DNA of 63,692 bases, filler included, from Myxococcota bacterium (GCA_023150835.1; 3 parts of 3 records of this genome joined end to end with filler, not necessarily neighbours in it), one strand, 5' to 3'. Shown: positions 1-10,965, counted from the whole stretch's first letter. Made by a program: numbers and translations. The notes: generated by a model not told the origin, from the sequence alone.

Positions 1-150
1 GGTTCGTTTGAAGGCTCGGCGGAAGGTTCGTTTGAAGGCTCGGCGGAAGGTTCGTTTGAAGGCTCGGCGGAAGGTTCGTTTGAAGGCTCGGCGGAAGGTT
101 CGTTTGAAGGCTCGGAGATCGGTTCGTTTGAAGGCTCGGCGGAAGGTTCG
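1..150. repeat. 24-bp in-frame tandem repeat (GGTTCGTTTGAAGGCTCGGCGGAA, about 6 copies) encoding EPSAEPSN on the minus strand
   Basis: Directly visible; one variant unit encodes EPISEPSN. Confidence 0.95.
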
Positions 151-1628
151 GTGGATAGGCAGCCTTTGGGTCCAGCTTGTCCCACGACGCGCACCTCAGC
201 CCATCCCTTGGGCTGGAATTGATCTGGGAAGCTTGGCGTGCCTGTCTTGGCTTTGGTTTGGGCGACGGCAAGGATCTGTACAGACGCAGCGATGGGGATA
301 TCCGCACAAACCTCAACGGATGAAGTCGTGCTGCGAGCCACTTCTTTTCCATCCACAAACAGCGCGATCCACGCGATCCCAAGGCCCGAAGTCTCTGTTG
401 CTTGGGCTTTGATTCGGGTGGACCCAAGGATCGTCGAACCCGTTGTGGCCCCGCTGATCGTTACTTTGGGGCGTTTGGCATACGGGGCCGCCATCGGATC
501 TCCAAGCACCAGATTGCGCCAATACACATAGGGCAGATGGCGGTGATAGGCTTCGGCGAGTGTGCTGCCATCGACATAATCGAGCAACAAAGCGCGATTC
601 GGAAAGCAGTTGTTGAGCGGCTCGTCGGTGGTTCCGTGCGCTCCTGCGGCGCCTTTGGCCACCCAGCGGGCGATCGAGACTTGGCTTTGCCCTGTGGCGC
701 GAAAGTTCGTCGGAACCGCTCCAAAGCTCGTGAGGTTGTCGGTGATCGAACCCGGCAAATAGGTGTTGCCTTCGATGGTGTTTCCGAGACTGGCCGTCCC
801 CACAAAGAAAGCCCCAAGCGACCGACCGATCAGATTGCTGTTGAAGTTTTCGATCACCGTATCGGTCCATCCTCTCGCTTTCATCTGCGTCTCGATCGTC
901 GGAAAGCTACCATCCAACGCACCTCGCGCACTATCCGCTCCTTTCATCAACATAAATTGCCCCTTGGCTGCGCCTTGTGCTTCTGCGTCCAGCGCGCTTG
1001 TGAGCAGCTTTTCGGCATCTGCATACGAACGACCATGCAGCATCGTCACCAACAGCGGCTTCCAATCCACTCCCCCCGAAGTGGCCTGATAACCCGCACG
1101 AAATACGCCTGTACGAAAGGGATTGGTCCAACGCGCCGCCAGACACGCCGCCCCTCCGCTGCATGTGATCTGGCGACCCGGCATCTCTGTGAGCAGGCTT
1201 TTTCCGTTGTAGGTCGACTTCCAAACCCCTACAACTGCCGCCAACGACGCACCTTGGGTTTGGTTGTTGTTGACGATCCCCACCCGCAACGGAACACCAC
1301 GCATCAATACCACCGCTTCGATCCGCGCCAAGGCTCCGCCTTGTTGGAGGCATTGCTCTAGCGGTGTCAAGAGCTTTTGTTGGTACTCTGTTTGGGTGAT
1401 ATCTTCTTGTTGCGGTAGGTCCAAAAGGCAGATCTGGTTGGGTGGGATCGCTCGTTCCTTTGCGTACTTTTGCGCAAGCCCCACGCTGTCTTGATCGTTT
1501 TTGTTCGCAACCACCACCACCGAATCAGGCCCGGGAACGGCCCATGTGATCGCGGCCCACAGCCAGACGATCACACCCGCCATCACACCTCCGATATCTC
1601 GCCTCAAGGGTCCTATCCTTGTCTGCAT
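1..1628 (-). CDS. TIGR03790-family secreted protein, C-terminus runs off the window edge
   Basis: Not in the ORF track because it has no stop in the window. Manual translation from ATG 1628 gives [18 protein letters not shown] (signal-like), [50 protein letters not shown] and [11 protein letters not shown], then an Ig-like stretch and an (EPSAEPSN)n linker. The start could instead be the in-frame ATG at about 1583. Confidence 0.8.
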   Translation of the reverse strand, partial: MQTRIGPLRRDIGGVMAGVIVWLWAAITWAVPGPDSVVVVANKNDQDSVGLAQKYAKERAIPPNQICLLDLPQQEDITQTEYQQKLLTPLEQCLQQGGALARIEAVVLMRGVPLRVGIVNNNQTQGASLAAVVGVWKSTYNGKSLLTEMPGRQITCSGGAACLAARWTNPFRTGVFRAGYQATSGGVDWKPLLVTMLHGRSYADAEKLLTSALDAEAQGAAKGQFMLMKGADSARGALDGSFPTIETQMKARGWTDTVIENFNSNLIGRSLGAFFVGTASLGNTIEGNTYLPGSITDNLTSFGAVPTNFRATGQSQVSIARWVAKGAAGAHGTTDEPLNNCFPNRALLLDYVDGSTLAEAYHRHLPYVYWRNLVLGDPMAAPYAKRPKVTISGATTGSTILGSTRIKAQATETSGLGIAWIALFVDGKEVARSTTSSVEVCADIPIAASVQILAVAQTKAKTGTPSFPDQFQPKGWAEVRVVGQAGPKGCLSTEPSAEPSNEPISEPSNEPSAEPSNEPSAEPSNEPSAEPSNEPSAEPSNE

Positions 1629-1807
1629 CCTTTGCTGATCTACGGTTTGCGTCTTTCGTCGCAGCTTTTTTGGTTGTGTTGTTTGTGGATCGTGTCTGCT
1701 CATGTTGGCTCTCCTTGCGCGTTTTCTTTCAAAGCCTGCCACAAGGCTTCGAGGAAGAAAAGCTCCATCGCTGCGCACGAATCGAAACACACGGAATGCG
1801 AGGAAGC

Positions 1808-3709
1808 TCAACGACCCAAGGCTTTGCGGCAAGCCGCGATGGTTTGGGGAGAGGGGCTTTTGTACCCGGCGTATTGGGCGATAGGTTGGAGGAGGCGCGG
1901 AAGCTGAGAACGGCAAGATGTCATCTCAGAGATGCGGATCTTGCTGCCGAGAGGCGTAGAAAAGCGCGTGTGAGCGTAGGCGCGGCAGAACACCAGCGCA
2001 TCGCGCTTGCAAGGGGTTTTGCAAACGCGGGCCGCGCTGCGCATCCCGTTGGGGGTGCAAGGGTGAAGACCGTCTGCGTTGGGGCCAAAGTTGTCTGCTG
2101 CAAAGCGGTTAAGACAGCGCAGACAAGCCCCGTTGCTCGGGACGGAGCGTGTCTTGGGGCGGATGAGGGCTTGGGTAGGAGGGCGTGGTTGGGGCGTTGT
2201 GTTTGTGGGGGGGGCATCGTTGTTTTGGGCGGGAGGGACGGGGCGTGGGGTGCCGCTGTTTTGGGCGGATGGATCGGTCTGGATGTTTGTGGTGCGCGGA
2301 TGGGTGGAAGGTACCGAGGGTGTCGTAGTGCGTGGCTCTGTTGGTTGAAGGAGCTTGGGCTGCACCGCAGAGGCCGTTGTTCGCGGGTGGGTGGGAGGCT
2401 CAGTGCGTTGTTCTGGGGGGCGCGGTGTGTTTGGGGGATGGCTTGGCGTCGAAGGCTTGAGAACGGAAGGGCGCGAAGCATCGGGCGTGATGGGAGGGGA
2501 GGGGCGCGAAGGATCGGAGGGGACAGCAGCGCCGCCTGTGCGTTGGGAGGCAAGCTGTTGAGGGAGAGCGGAGGGCGTCGGAGAAGGGCTGCGGAAGGCG
2601 ACGGCGATCAGAACAAGGATGACAAGAAGGCCGCCACCCACAGCAACGAGGTGGTGCTTTTTCCAAGCCGAAGGGCGAAAAGGGCTGTCATGCTCGGACA
2701 TCAGGGTGGGAGAGCGAAACACGGTGTTGTTTTCGGGAGCGATCTCGCCGCTGGGCAACAGCCCTGCAAAGGACGGTGGTGGTTTTTGGATATCGGCGGC
2801 ATCGAGCGAGTAGGTGCTTTGTGCTGCGGGAAGAGCGGATGCTGCGCCCGAGGAGATGGCTTCTTTGAGGGCGGCTTGTAGTTGATCGGCGAAGGCTTTG
2901 CACGACGAATAGCGGGCATCGGGGGATTTTTCGAGCGATTTGAGAACGACCGCACGAAGGGAGGCTGGAACCATCAGGCCGAACGTCTCGAAGGCTGGGG
3001 GCTTTTCGGTAAAGTGAGCCATGATCAGTTGAAGGATATCATCCCCAACAAAGGGGAGACGCCCTGAGATCATCTGATAGAGCGTGATGCCGAGGGCGTA
3101 GATATCCGCCCGATGATCGACGTGTTTGGTGGATTGCGCTTGTTCGGGGGCGATGTAGCTGGGGGTCCCAAGAAGGGAGCCTGTTTTGGTCTGGCTTTCT
3201 TCGGCGGCGAGACTTTTGGCGATGCCAAAGTCCATCACTTTGGGGATCTCTTCGCCGCTCGTTCCATGAAGCAGGATGTTTGAGGGTTTGAGATCGCGGT
3301 GAACGATCTTTTGTTTGTGGGCGTGATCGACCGCGTGCAAGATCGGGATCAACAGCCGTTCGATCTCCGCATAAGGCACAGGCCCCGTATTTTTTTCGAG
3401 GTATTTTTCGAGATCTTGTCCCTCCACCCAATCCATCGCCATCCCCAACCAAGCGCCTTCTTCGATGATCTCGATCACTCGGACGATATGGGGGTGCTGG
3501 AGACGGAATTGGAGGCGTGCTTCTTGTTTGAAGCGTTCGCGCACAGGTTCGCGCTTGGCGAGATCCGGCTTGAGGAACTTGATCGCCACCCACGTATGCA
3601 TCGCATTGTTCCATGCTTTGTACACGACGGCTTGGCCGCCATCCCCCACCAACTGATGCAGCTTGTACTTGCCGATCTCTTTGCCTTCTAACGTCTCAAC
3701 CGATTCCAT
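1808..3709 (-). CDS. Hanks-type Ser/Thr protein kinase with TM helix, Pro/Thr-rich linker and Cys-rich C-terminal domain
   Basis: Kinase motifs [35 protein letters not shown] and DIYALG; hydrophobic [18 protein letters not shown]; 8 Cys in the C-terminal domain. Confidence 0.95.
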   Translation of the reverse strand: MESVETLEGKEIGKYKLHQLVGDGGQAVVYKAWNNAMHTWVAIKFLKPDLAKREPVRERFKQEARLQFRLQHPHIVRVIEIIEEGAWLGMAMDWVEGQDLEKYLEKNTGPVPYAEIERLLIPILHAVDHAHKQKIVHRDLKPSNILLHGTSGEEIPKVMDFGIAKSLAAEESQTKTGSLLGTPSYIAPEQAQSTKHVDHRADIYALGITLYQMISGRLPFVGDDILQLIMAHFTEKPPAFETFGLMVPASLRAVVLKSLEKSPDARYSSCKAFADQLQAALKEAISSGAASALPAAQSTYSLDAADIQKPPPSFAGLLPSGEIAPENNTVFRSPTLMSEHDSPFRPSAWKKHHLVAVGGGLLVILVLIAVAFRSPSPTPSALPQQLASQRTGGAAVPSDPSRPSPPITPDASRPSVLKPSTPSHPPNTPRPPEQRTEPPTHPRTTASAVQPKLLQPTEPRTTTPSVPSTHPRTTNIQTDPSAQNSGTPRPVPPAQNNDAPPTNTTPQPRPPTQALIRPKTRSVPSNGACLRCLNRFAADNFGPNADGLHPCTPNGMRSAARVCKTPCKRDALVFCRAYAHTRFSTPLGSKIRISEMTSCRSQLPRLLQPIAQYAGYKSPSPQTIAACRKALGR

Positions 3710-3757
3710 GCGCTTGTTCCTTGTAGATGTCTTTCGGTGGTTTCGGGGTTGTGGGGA

Positions 3758-5140
3758 TCAGTGATAGATGCCCAAGATCGTGGCGCGGTGTGCAGAGGAT
3801 AAGTCCGAAGGGAAACGACGCCAAGTAGCACTCCCCGAAGAGATCGAACTTTTTTCTTTGAGAAACCTTTCGTGAGATCGCAACGCCGAGTTGACGGAGG
3901 CATTTTTGGGCGGAGTCGTCAGCAAACCCGCGATCAACAAAGCGATCCCCGTCCCCCCCAAGATCGCCCCACCCACCAAAAACACCGGCCCACCCCAACC
4001 ATAGAAGCCCTTGAGACTGCGTTGTCCCATATCGTCGCGTGGTGGCATGATGATCGGGGCAGGAAGGGCGCGCTGCACTTCGCATTGGTATTTCATGTGT
4101 TTTTTGAGGTCTGTGCTTTGGGGTATCGCCTCGCAATTATAATCGAGGTAAGGATTTTTGGCGCTGAGATCATGGACAAAGATCCCGCCCATGATCGCGA
4201 ATCCTGCCCCAAGAGTCACAAGAGAGCCGCCCACGATGAAGAGGATACGGGCGTTGTTGGTGCGATCCAGCAATGCCTTGTGTTCTTTGGCGAAAGTTAG
4301 ATGCGATTCTTTGGCTTTGTTGGCAAAGAACAATTGCTCTTTACGTCGGGTGCTTTTCTGGATGGCGATGCGCTGCCGTTGTTCGCGCAGCGAGGCCAAC
4401 AGACTGCTTTGGTTTTGGTTGCGCTGCTGGAGGGCTTTTTTGTCGTTCCATTGGCTTTGGGCCAGACGCAGCGAAGCGATGTAGAACCAACCTTGGCGGG
4501 TGAACAGATCGATATCTTGTTCGATACGGAGGGAGGCTTGGAGTCGGATCTGCGCTTGGGTTCGATAAGTGAGAGCGATCTTGTTGTAGAGTTGGTTGTA
4601 GCGGCGAAGGGCATCAAGGGCTTTTTGTAGCTTGCCAAGCGACCCTTCAAACTCCGTAATGTATTGATTGATCGCATCGATCGATTCAAAGGATTCTAGA
4701 TCGCGGATCGGCGGGGGATTCGCTTCGATTTGGTAACGCTTGAACTGAAAGCGGTACAGCCAAAATTGGAATTGTTCGCGTTCTCCCTCGCTCAATTTCG
4801 CTTTTTCCGCAAGATAGGTCTTTTCCATCTTCTCAAGCGATTGTACAAACAATTGCATCTTGCCATCCGCGAGCGCTTCTTGTGTTTGTAGGAAGTGCTG
4901 CTGCAACGCGCTCGGAGGATTTGCGTTTGCAGTGAAAGCCATGAAAACAAACAGCCCGCAAACACTCCAACCCAACGTACGCAACATCTGAAACGCATGC
5001 AATATCCGCGATATCCGCAACGTGCGCAACGTCCGCGATACAGAGAACCCGCGATCCAGACGATTTGTTTGAGAAGCCTTGATCGAAGCAAAAAGAATTT
5101 GGGAAGCCTTGATCGAAGCAAAAAGAAATCGATTCCACAT
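3758..5140 (-). CDS. Hypothetical exported/membrane protein (helical coiled-coil body, two C-terminal hydrophobic segments); paralog of 5237-6532
   Basis: ORF 3758..5218; the likely start is ATG 5140 or 4987 (signal-like LFVFMAFTANA). Extensive identity to the adjacent ORF. Confidence 0.8.
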   Translation of the reverse strand: MWNRFLFASIKASQILFASIKASQTNRLDRGFSVSRTLRTLRISRILHAFQMLRTLGWSVCGLFVFMAFTANANPPSALQQHFLQTQEALADGKMQLFVQSLEKMEKTYLAEKAKLSEGEREQFQFWLYRFQFKRYQIEANPPPIRDLESFESIDAINQYITEFEGSLGKLQKALDALRRYNQLYNKIALTYRTQAQIRLQASLRIEQDIDLFTRQGWFYIASLRLAQSQWNDKKALQQRNQNQSSLLASLREQRQRIAIQKSTRRKEQLFFANKAKESHLTFAKEHKALLDRTNNARILFIVGGSLVTLGAGFAIMGGIFVHDLSAKNPYLDYNCEAIPQSTDLKKHMKYQCEVQRALPAPIIMPPRDDMGQRSLKGFYGWGGPVFLVGGAILGGTGIALLIAGLLTTPPKNASVNSALRSHERFLKEKSSISSGSATWRRFPSDLSSAHRATILGIYH

Positions 5141-5236
5141 GATTCGTTGCCTGCTTTGGAGAGGATATCTTTGTTGTGGGTTTCTGTGCGCTTTTTGCGG
5201 GCCGATAGCTTTGAGCAAGACGCCAAGGCCCGAGGG

Positions 5237-6532
5237 TTATCGAAAGACGCCGAGCGAAGTGGCGCGTTGGGGAGAAGGTGCGTGGAGTTGCATCAAAGGC
5301 CAAGCATTTCCCGAAGAGATCGAGCTTTGTTCTTTGAGGAATCTTTCTTGTGAACGCAAGACCGCGTTGATCTGGGCATCTTTGCGAGGGATGATAATCA
5401 ACCCCGCGATCAACAAAGCGATCCCTGTTCCTCCGATCACCGCGCCTGTCGCGATAAACGTCGGCCCACCCCAGCCATAGAAGCCTTTGAGACTGCGCTG
5501 TCCTGCGTCGTCCTGTGGGGGCGAGATGATCGGGTTGGGGAGAGCGCGTTGTACTTCGCATTGAACTTTGAGGTTCTTTTCGGGCTCTGTGCTGTTGGGC
5601 ATCGCCTCGCAATTATACGTCGCGTAAGGGTTTTTGGCCGCGTTGTCATGCACGAAGATCCCGCCTGTTATCGCGATCCCTGCCCCGACTGCCGTCAAGA
5701 TCCCACCCACAATGAACAGAGTGCGGGCGTTGTTGGTGCGATCGATCAACGCTTTTTGTTCGTCGGTAAACAGGAGATGCGCTTCTTTGACTTTGCTGAC
5801 GAGGTTTCTTTGTTCTCTTCGGATGGCGCTTTGTTCGATGGTGACGCGCTGTTGTTGTTCGCGCAAGGTCGAGATCGTGCTGTCTTGGTTTTGGAGACGT
5901 TGTTTGAGGGCTTTTTTGTCGCTCCATTGGCTTTGGGCAAAGCGCAAGAGGGCGACGTAGACTTGTCCTTGGCGGGTTAATAGCTCGATATCGCGCTCGG
6001 TGCTGAGGGAGGCTTGGAGTCGGATCTGCGCTTGGACTCGCTGTGTCAGAGCGATCTTGTTATAGAGTTGGTTGTAGCGACGAAGAGCTTCGAGGGCTTG
6101 TTGTAGCTTGCCAAGCGAGCCTTCAAAGCGTTTGATGTATTGGTTTATGGCTTCGATCGATTCAAAGGATTCGATATTGCGGATCGGTGGGGGATCGGCT
6201 TCCATCTGGTAGCGCTTGAACTGAAAGCGGTACAGCCAAAGCTGGAATTGCTCGCGCTCGCCCTCTTTCAATTTCGATTGGGTCGCAAGATAGGTCTTTT
6301 CCATCTTTTCGAGCGATTGCGCAAACGCCTTCATCTCGCCGATCGCAAGCGCCTCTTGTGTCTGTAAAAAGTGCTGTTGCAGCGTCTTGGGATCTTCTGC
6401 CATCGCTGGGGTTGCCGACAGCATCAAGCACAGCGAAGCCCATCCACAAACGCGCAACAGGCGCGCAAAAGAAACAGATCGGCTTATCCAAAAAAGAATA
6501 AAAGCGAGAGATGGTTGTTTTTTGTGTTGCAT
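5237..6532 (-). CDS. Hypothetical exported/membrane protein; tandem paralog of 3758-5140
   Basis: Signal-like LCLMLSATPAMA; shares LQQHFLQTQEALA, WLYRFQFKRYQ and GQRSLKGFYGWGGP with its neighbour. Confidence 0.85.
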   Translation of the reverse strand: MQHKKQPSLAFILFWISRSVSFARLLRVCGWASLCLMLSATPAMAEDPKTLQQHFLQTQEALAIGEMKAFAQSLEKMEKTYLATQSKLKEGEREQFQLWLYRFQFKRYQMEADPPPIRNIESFESIEAINQYIKRFEGSLGKLQQALEALRRYNQLYNKIALTQRVQAQIRLQASLSTERDIELLTRQGQVYVALLRFAQSQWSDKKALKQRLQNQDSTISTLREQQQRVTIEQSAIRREQRNLVSKVKEAHLLFTDEQKALIDRTNNARTLFIVGGILTAVGAGIAITGGIFVHDNAAKNPYATYNCEAMPNSTEPEKNLKVQCEVQRALPNPIISPPQDDAGQRSLKGFYGWGGPTFIATGAVIGGTGIALLIAGLIIIPRKDAQINAVLRSQERFLKEQSSISSGNAWPLMQLHAPSPQRATSLGVFR

Positions 6533-6837
6533 GATAACCCTGTTTTGATGCGATGGATTCTACAAAAACACTCTTCGCGATGCGCCCACAAAAGCGCAAG
6601 TGGTTGGTGGTTTGAAGGCAGACTACAGCAAACCACGCGCTTTGTCACTTGTTTGGTGAGAGCTGTCGCTTGCTGGCTGGATGGGTGGGGCTTTGCCCCA
6701 TGCCCTACAAGGGACTGATGGATGTTCGGAGCTTGATACACAAGGATATCTCTTGTTGTGGATTGCGGTTTTTTTTTAAGAAGCGTACACCCAAAGAATC
6801 CATCCAACAACGACAAAGCACCATAGATGAGAGAGGC

Positions 6838-8862
6838 ATGGAAATGAGGCAACAAGTCGGAAAATGGAGCATTTTGTTTTTGGGCGTATTGTTTGGTTTT
6901 GTGGTGTCCTGTGGGGGAACGTCGAACTGCATCAACGGCATCCAGACGACGGATTACAACACCAGCGGCTTGCAATGCACCAAGTCTTGTGATTGCAGCA
7001 ACCTCAAATACGAAGGCTACTGCATCAACAGCACATGCGTTTCGACGGTGCGCAGTCCTGCCCAACGCAAGGGCGAGATCCGCTCTTGCAAGCTTTTGCA
7101 AAAAGTCGGTGCTTGTGAATGGGGCCAACAAGAAGCCCAGCCCGAGCCTTTGAAAGAACTGCTTTGGGGAAATTGTCTGCCGCCGACTATTGTCCCTGAA
7201 AACACAGCCGCTTTGTGTTCGGATGGCAAGGACAACGATTGTAACGGCACTGTCGACGATAAAGATCTCGGATGCAAAAGCTTTTGTGTTGAGGGCCGAA
7301 GTGAGCCTTGCTACCGTGGAGAAAAAGCCACTCTTAACCAAGGCAGTTGCCGCGCAGGTTTTCGAACCTGCCAACCGAATGGAGGTTGGGGAACTTGCGA
7401 GGGAGAAGTGGTTCCCAAAGCAGAAGTGTGCAACGCCCAAGATGACGACTGCAATGGGCTAATTGACGATGGTTTGGTGGGTTGTCACACCACGGAAAAA
7501 TGCCTTGAAGGCTCGCAAAAGCCTTGCTACACGGAACCGATGGGTTGCGTCTTGGAAACCCTGGCGGGTGGGGCAAAAGGCTTTCGGTGCGTGGGCGGTT
7601 GTCAGACGGGGACACAGCGTTGTGTGGGCGGATTATGGGGACTTTGCGAAGGAGCGGTCTCTCCAGCCGAAGAGCGTTGCGATGGCATCGACAACAACTG
7701 CGACGGAAAAGTTGATGAGATATGCGCTTGTCAAGCTGGCGAGCAACGCCTTTGTTTCTTGGGGCCACAAAACAAAGAAGTCGGCGTCTGCAAGGCAGGC
7801 ACACAACAATGCAAAGACGGTGTGTGGGGAGCGTGCGACGGGGCCGTCGCTCCAAGTCCTGAAACTTGCGATGGCCAAGACAACGATTGCGATGGCACGA
7901 TTGACGAAAGCTGCGGATGTACGGCGGGAACGTCGCGTGTGTGTTTTCTCGGTCCGCAACAGCGCGCTGTAGGAGAATGCACCGCAGGAAAACAGCATTG
8001 TGTCGCTGAAAAATGGGGTGTTTGTGATGGTGCAGGTAAGCCAAGTATCGAAGTATGCGATGGTTTAGACAATGATTGCGATGGAGTCGTTGATGAAGAC
8101 TGCGGATGCTCCACAGATGCCCAATGCCCGAACGGCATGCTTTGTTTTCGTGGTGTCTGCCAATCCCGTCCATTTGAAGAAACTGTCTCCGAGCCGATGC
8201 TGGAACCGACGCTCGACGCTGGCAACGAGCTGATGCTAGAACCGACGAGCGACGGCAGCAAAGAACCGACTCCTGAGCAAATCCCCGAAATCGCCCAAGA
8301 AGTCGTGCCAGAAACCATTGAAATCGTGAAAGAGATGGCTCCAGAAGCAATTCAAGAAGCGACACCCAGCCCCGGCCCGATGGCTTATGGCGAGAACTGC
8401 GCTCCCTCAAACGCAAACCAGCGTTGCCAAGCGGGTCTTATTTGCTTGACCTTTCCCAACGACACCATCGGCATCTGTTCGCGCCAATGCAACACCTCTT
8501 CTTGCCCCTCTGGTTCCCGCTGCGAAACCATCAACTCCACCACCGGCGACCGCGCTTGCTTTGTCAACTGCACCACAGTAGCTAACTGCCTTGCTGCTCA
8601 GCGTTGTGATTCTCGCATCAACGCTTGTTATCCAGATCCGAATCGGCGAGACTGTCGCCTTTCTGACCCTCTGGGTTCGTGTTCTTCGTATCGGGATTGT
8701 TGTGTTGGCCAGAATTGTTTGCTTGTGGGGGCTGGGCATTTTTGTGGGGCATGCTCAAAAGATTCAGACTGTCCAAAAATCGGGGGATTTGTTCCGACTT
8801 CTTGTTGTTCTCAAACGATCACAGGCCAAACGCAGCGCTTTTGCGCGACAACTTGCCCATGA
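6838..8862 (+). CDS. Cys-rich lipoprotein: shared N-terminal module, MopE-like ExCDGxDNDCDGxxDE repeats, EP-rich linker, Cys-rich C-terminus
   Basis: GAGAGG RBS before ATG 6838; lipobox FVVSC; four ExC(D/N)xxD(N/D)xCxGxxD repeats; N-terminal module shared with the RCC1 lipoproteins. Confidence 0.88.
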   Translation: MEMRQQVGKWSILFLGVLFGFVVSCGGTSNCINGIQTTDYNTSGLQCTKSCDCSNLKYEGYCINSTCVSTVRSPAQRKGEIRSCKLLQKVGACEWGQQEAQPEPLKELLWGNCLPPTIVPENTAALCSDGKDNDCNGTVDDKDLGCKSFCVEGRSEPCYRGEKATLNQGSCRAGFRTCQPNGGWGTCEGEVVPKAEVCNAQDDDCNGLIDDGLVGCHTTEKCLEGSQKPCYTEPMGCVLETLAGGAKGFRCVGGCQTGTQRCVGGLWGLCEGAVSPAEERCDGIDNNCDGKVDEICACQAGEQRLCFLGPQNKEVGVCKAGTQQCKDGVWGACDGAVAPSPETCDGQDNDCDGTIDESCGCTAGTSRVCFLGPQQRAVGECTAGKQHCVAEKWGVCDGAGKPSIEVCDGLDNDCDGVVDEDCGCSTDAQCPNGMLCFRGVCQSRPFEETVSEPMLEPTLDAGNELMLEPTSDGSKEPTPEQIPEIAQEVVPETIEIVKEMAPEAIQEATPSPGPMAYGENCAPSNANQRCQAGLICLTFPNDTIGICSRQCNTSSCPSGSRCETINSTTGDRACFVNCTTVANCLAAQRCDSRINACYPDPNRRDCRLSDPLGSCSSYRDCCVGQNCLLVGAGHFCGACSKDSDCPKIGGFVPTSCCSQTITGQTQRFCATTCP

Positions 8863-8879
8863 AGAGGCCACTCGTTCTT

Positions 8880-8940
8880 GTCCCCTCATCCCCCCGCTTT
8901 TTTCTCCCCGCTGTCGCTGCGGCGAAGGGGGAGAAAAGAA
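8880..8940. repeat. C-rich/G-rich inverted-repeat element (family C) between convergent genes; possible terminator
   Basis: CTTTTTCTCCCC...GGGGGAGAAAAG stem; resembles 26428-26632, 24477-24551 and 63585-63625. Confidence 0.5.
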
Positions 8941-9004
8941 CGGAGAACTGAGGCGAGAGCTGTGTGCGCAAAAAGTGTATCAAACGATCTGAGGCTCTTG
9001 TTGC

Positions 9005-9694
9005 TCAGAAGTCCGAGGTTTTCGTGGTGTTCAGTTGTTCGATGATACAAAGCCATTCGTGGAAGTGTTGGCAACGTTGGCGGAGCTTTGCCAAACCAAT
9101 ACGAGCGACAACCGAGACTCCAGAAGTGGCTTTGTCATACTCAGAGATCTCTTTGATGATGCGCTTGGATGGGGCCGTTTCACGCCCGTCGTTGATTAGT
9201 TCGGGATTTTGATCGCCGATGCTGCGTGCGAGATTTGCGATGGCATCGTCATGTTCGAGATACTCCCAATCCAGATATTCCGGTGCAGCCAAGAGCAGCG
9301 TTTCAAATTCGTGCAGTTGGATGTAAGGCACAAACCGTTGGTCGTTGAGGTCGAGGGCAAAAGCCTCTTCAAGTGTTTTCACACGCAGATAAGGAGGAAA
9401 CATCTTTGTTTCTTGGTATTTGGGAAAATCGTCAGGAAGCGCGTACAGATCGAACATGGTCGTAAATCGGCACTCGTCGGCTTGATCTTCTTTCATCCAC
9501 GCTTCGATATCTTTCTTCGCTTTTTGATAACTGATGAGTCCGCCACGATACGTTTTCGCGGCCCGTTTGTCTTTGCTTGTGAGCACACATCGAGCATCCG
9601 CATACACATCAAAGCCCGCCAGATAGGGAGCAAGCACGATATCAACAAACGCTTTTTCCGTTTGCCCTTCTACTGTAACGTGCAAACGGATCAT
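9005..9694 (-). CDS. DUF4276-like (TOPRIM-fold) protein
   Basis: MIRLHVTVEGQTEKAF, TTMFDLYALP, YIQLHEFETLLL, PELIND..TAPSKRI, C.HF..W; start overlaps the ATPase stop (ATGA). Confidence 0.85.
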   Translation of the reverse strand: MIRLHVTVEGQTEKAFVDIVLAPYLAGFDVYADARCVLTSKDKRAAKTYRGGLISYQKAKKDIEAWMKEDQADECRFTTMFDLYALPDDFPKYQETKMFPPYLRVKTLEEAFALDLNDQRFVPYIQLHEFETLLLAAPEYLDWEYLEHDDAIANLARSIGDQNPELINDGRETAPSKRIIKEISEYDKATSGVSVVARIGLAKLRQRCQHFHEWLCIIEQLNTTKTSDF

Positions 9695-10803
9695 GGCTGT
9701 CCTCCAAGGACATTTTTCTCCCAAAGTTCGGAAAGGCTGTAATGTTGCAGCCATTCGTTCAGTTGGTTTGTGTCGAGCCTGCGAAACGTGCTGGTTCCTG
9801 AATGAGGATCTCGTTCGACGACGACGATGTCTTCCGATGAAAATTCATCGATCAATCGGGGGGATTGGGTGGCCGCGATGATCTGCGTGTGTTGCGATGC
9901 ACGTTTGATCAGACCGGCCAATTCAACGAGCGCTGCGGGATGCAAGCCTAATTCAGGTTCATCCAAGACGATCACTTTTGGGAAAAAGGCGGGTGGTTGT
10001 AGTAAGAGTGTGCTGAGCGCCATAAACCGCAACGAACCGTCCGATAACTGATCGGGTCCAAAGAGGTAATCAGGGCGAGCGCGATCCGTCCAATTCAAAC
10101 GAACGTACCGTTCATTCGTCGTTAGCGTATCCAGAACAAAATCATTGAGTTGGGGCATGATGCGTTGGATGTGGCTGACGATCCTTTTGTAGTATCGGTT
10201 GTAGGTGTCGCTTTCTTTGAGGACTTTTAAAAAAGCAGCCAGATTTCCTGCATCGCTGCGCAAAAAGGAAGCATCATCTACATAACAACGGCTCTTGATA
10301 CGCGCTGTATCCGAAGTATCGTGAAATTGAAACGTTTGAATACTTGCAAAAAAATCACGAAGCGCTTTGTTTTTTGGGTGCGTCTCTTGGCTTAAAGCGG
10401 CTTCTGAACTGCCCTCGCTCAACACCTCGGCTTGGGGGCTGGTGGTGCTAGGTTCAATGCGACGGACTGTTTCGGAACTTACAAACAAGCGCTCCAAGGC
10501 GGCGTAAGACAGACTTACACCGTAGTGGTCGGTGTGGGTTGCCTCTTCTACTGAAACGGAAAACTCCAGAGAGCCCGTCACTTTGGGTCCATAAAAAAGC
10601 AAGGTGTGAGCGCCTTGTTTGGCGGTATGTTGTTGTAAAGCACCGGTAGCAAGGGAAGCAAGAAGCCGAAAAAAAGAGACAATGTTGGTTTTTCCGCAGC
10701 CATTGGCTCCCAGCAAAAGAGTGATCTTGCCAAAAGAGATGTCCTGTCCGTTTTGGTTGTCGATGGATTTGAAACCCTTGAGGTGGATCTCTTTGAGTTG
10801 CAT
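9691..10803 (-). CDS. ABC/AAA_21-type ATPase
   Basis: Walker A GANGCGKTN, signature LSDGSLR, Walker B IVLDEPELGLHP, ATQSP, C-terminal LSELWEKNVLGGQP. Confidence 0.92.
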   Translation of the reverse strand: MQLKEIHLKGFKSIDNQNGQDISFGKITLLLGANGCGKTNIVSFFRLLASLATGALQQHTAKQGAHTLLFYGPKVTGSLEFSVSVEEATHTDHYGVSLSYAALERLFVSSETVRRIEPSTTSPQAEVLSEGSSEAALSQETHPKNKALRDFFASIQTFQFHDTSDTARIKSRCYVDDASFLRSDAGNLAAFLKVLKESDTYNRYYKRIVSHIQRIMPQLNDFVLDTLTTNERYVRLNWTDRARPDYLFGPDQLSDGSLRFMALSTLLLQPPAFFPKVIVLDEPELGLHPAALVELAGLIKRASQHTQIIAATQSPRLIDEFSSEDIVVVERDPHSGTSTFRRLDTNQLNEWLQHYSLSELWEKNVLGGQP

Positions 10804-10965
10804 CGAATGTTTTTCCTTTGCGGCGCGGGTTTGGTGACGTTTTGTGGGGACAACTTGCCTATGAAGAGCATCGTCCATTTTTGCAGACTTGGTGGGACAG
10901 ACAGGGCCCGTTGCATCCGCCACAACGGATGTTGTTTTATTTGGTGATAGGAGCGATTTGTGGCC

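Noticed and set aside
402-2881. Long plus-strand ORFs 402-1361 and 1619-2881, and similar antisense ORFs (e.g. 18012-19385, 32760-34379, 44729-46309)
   Set aside because: Shadow frames opposite well-supported genes, with no recognisable motifs.
5073-5128. 25-bp direct repeat with 30-bp period as an operator or att site
   Set aside because: Only two copies, in frame with a possible N-terminus, and no other support; likely local slippage.
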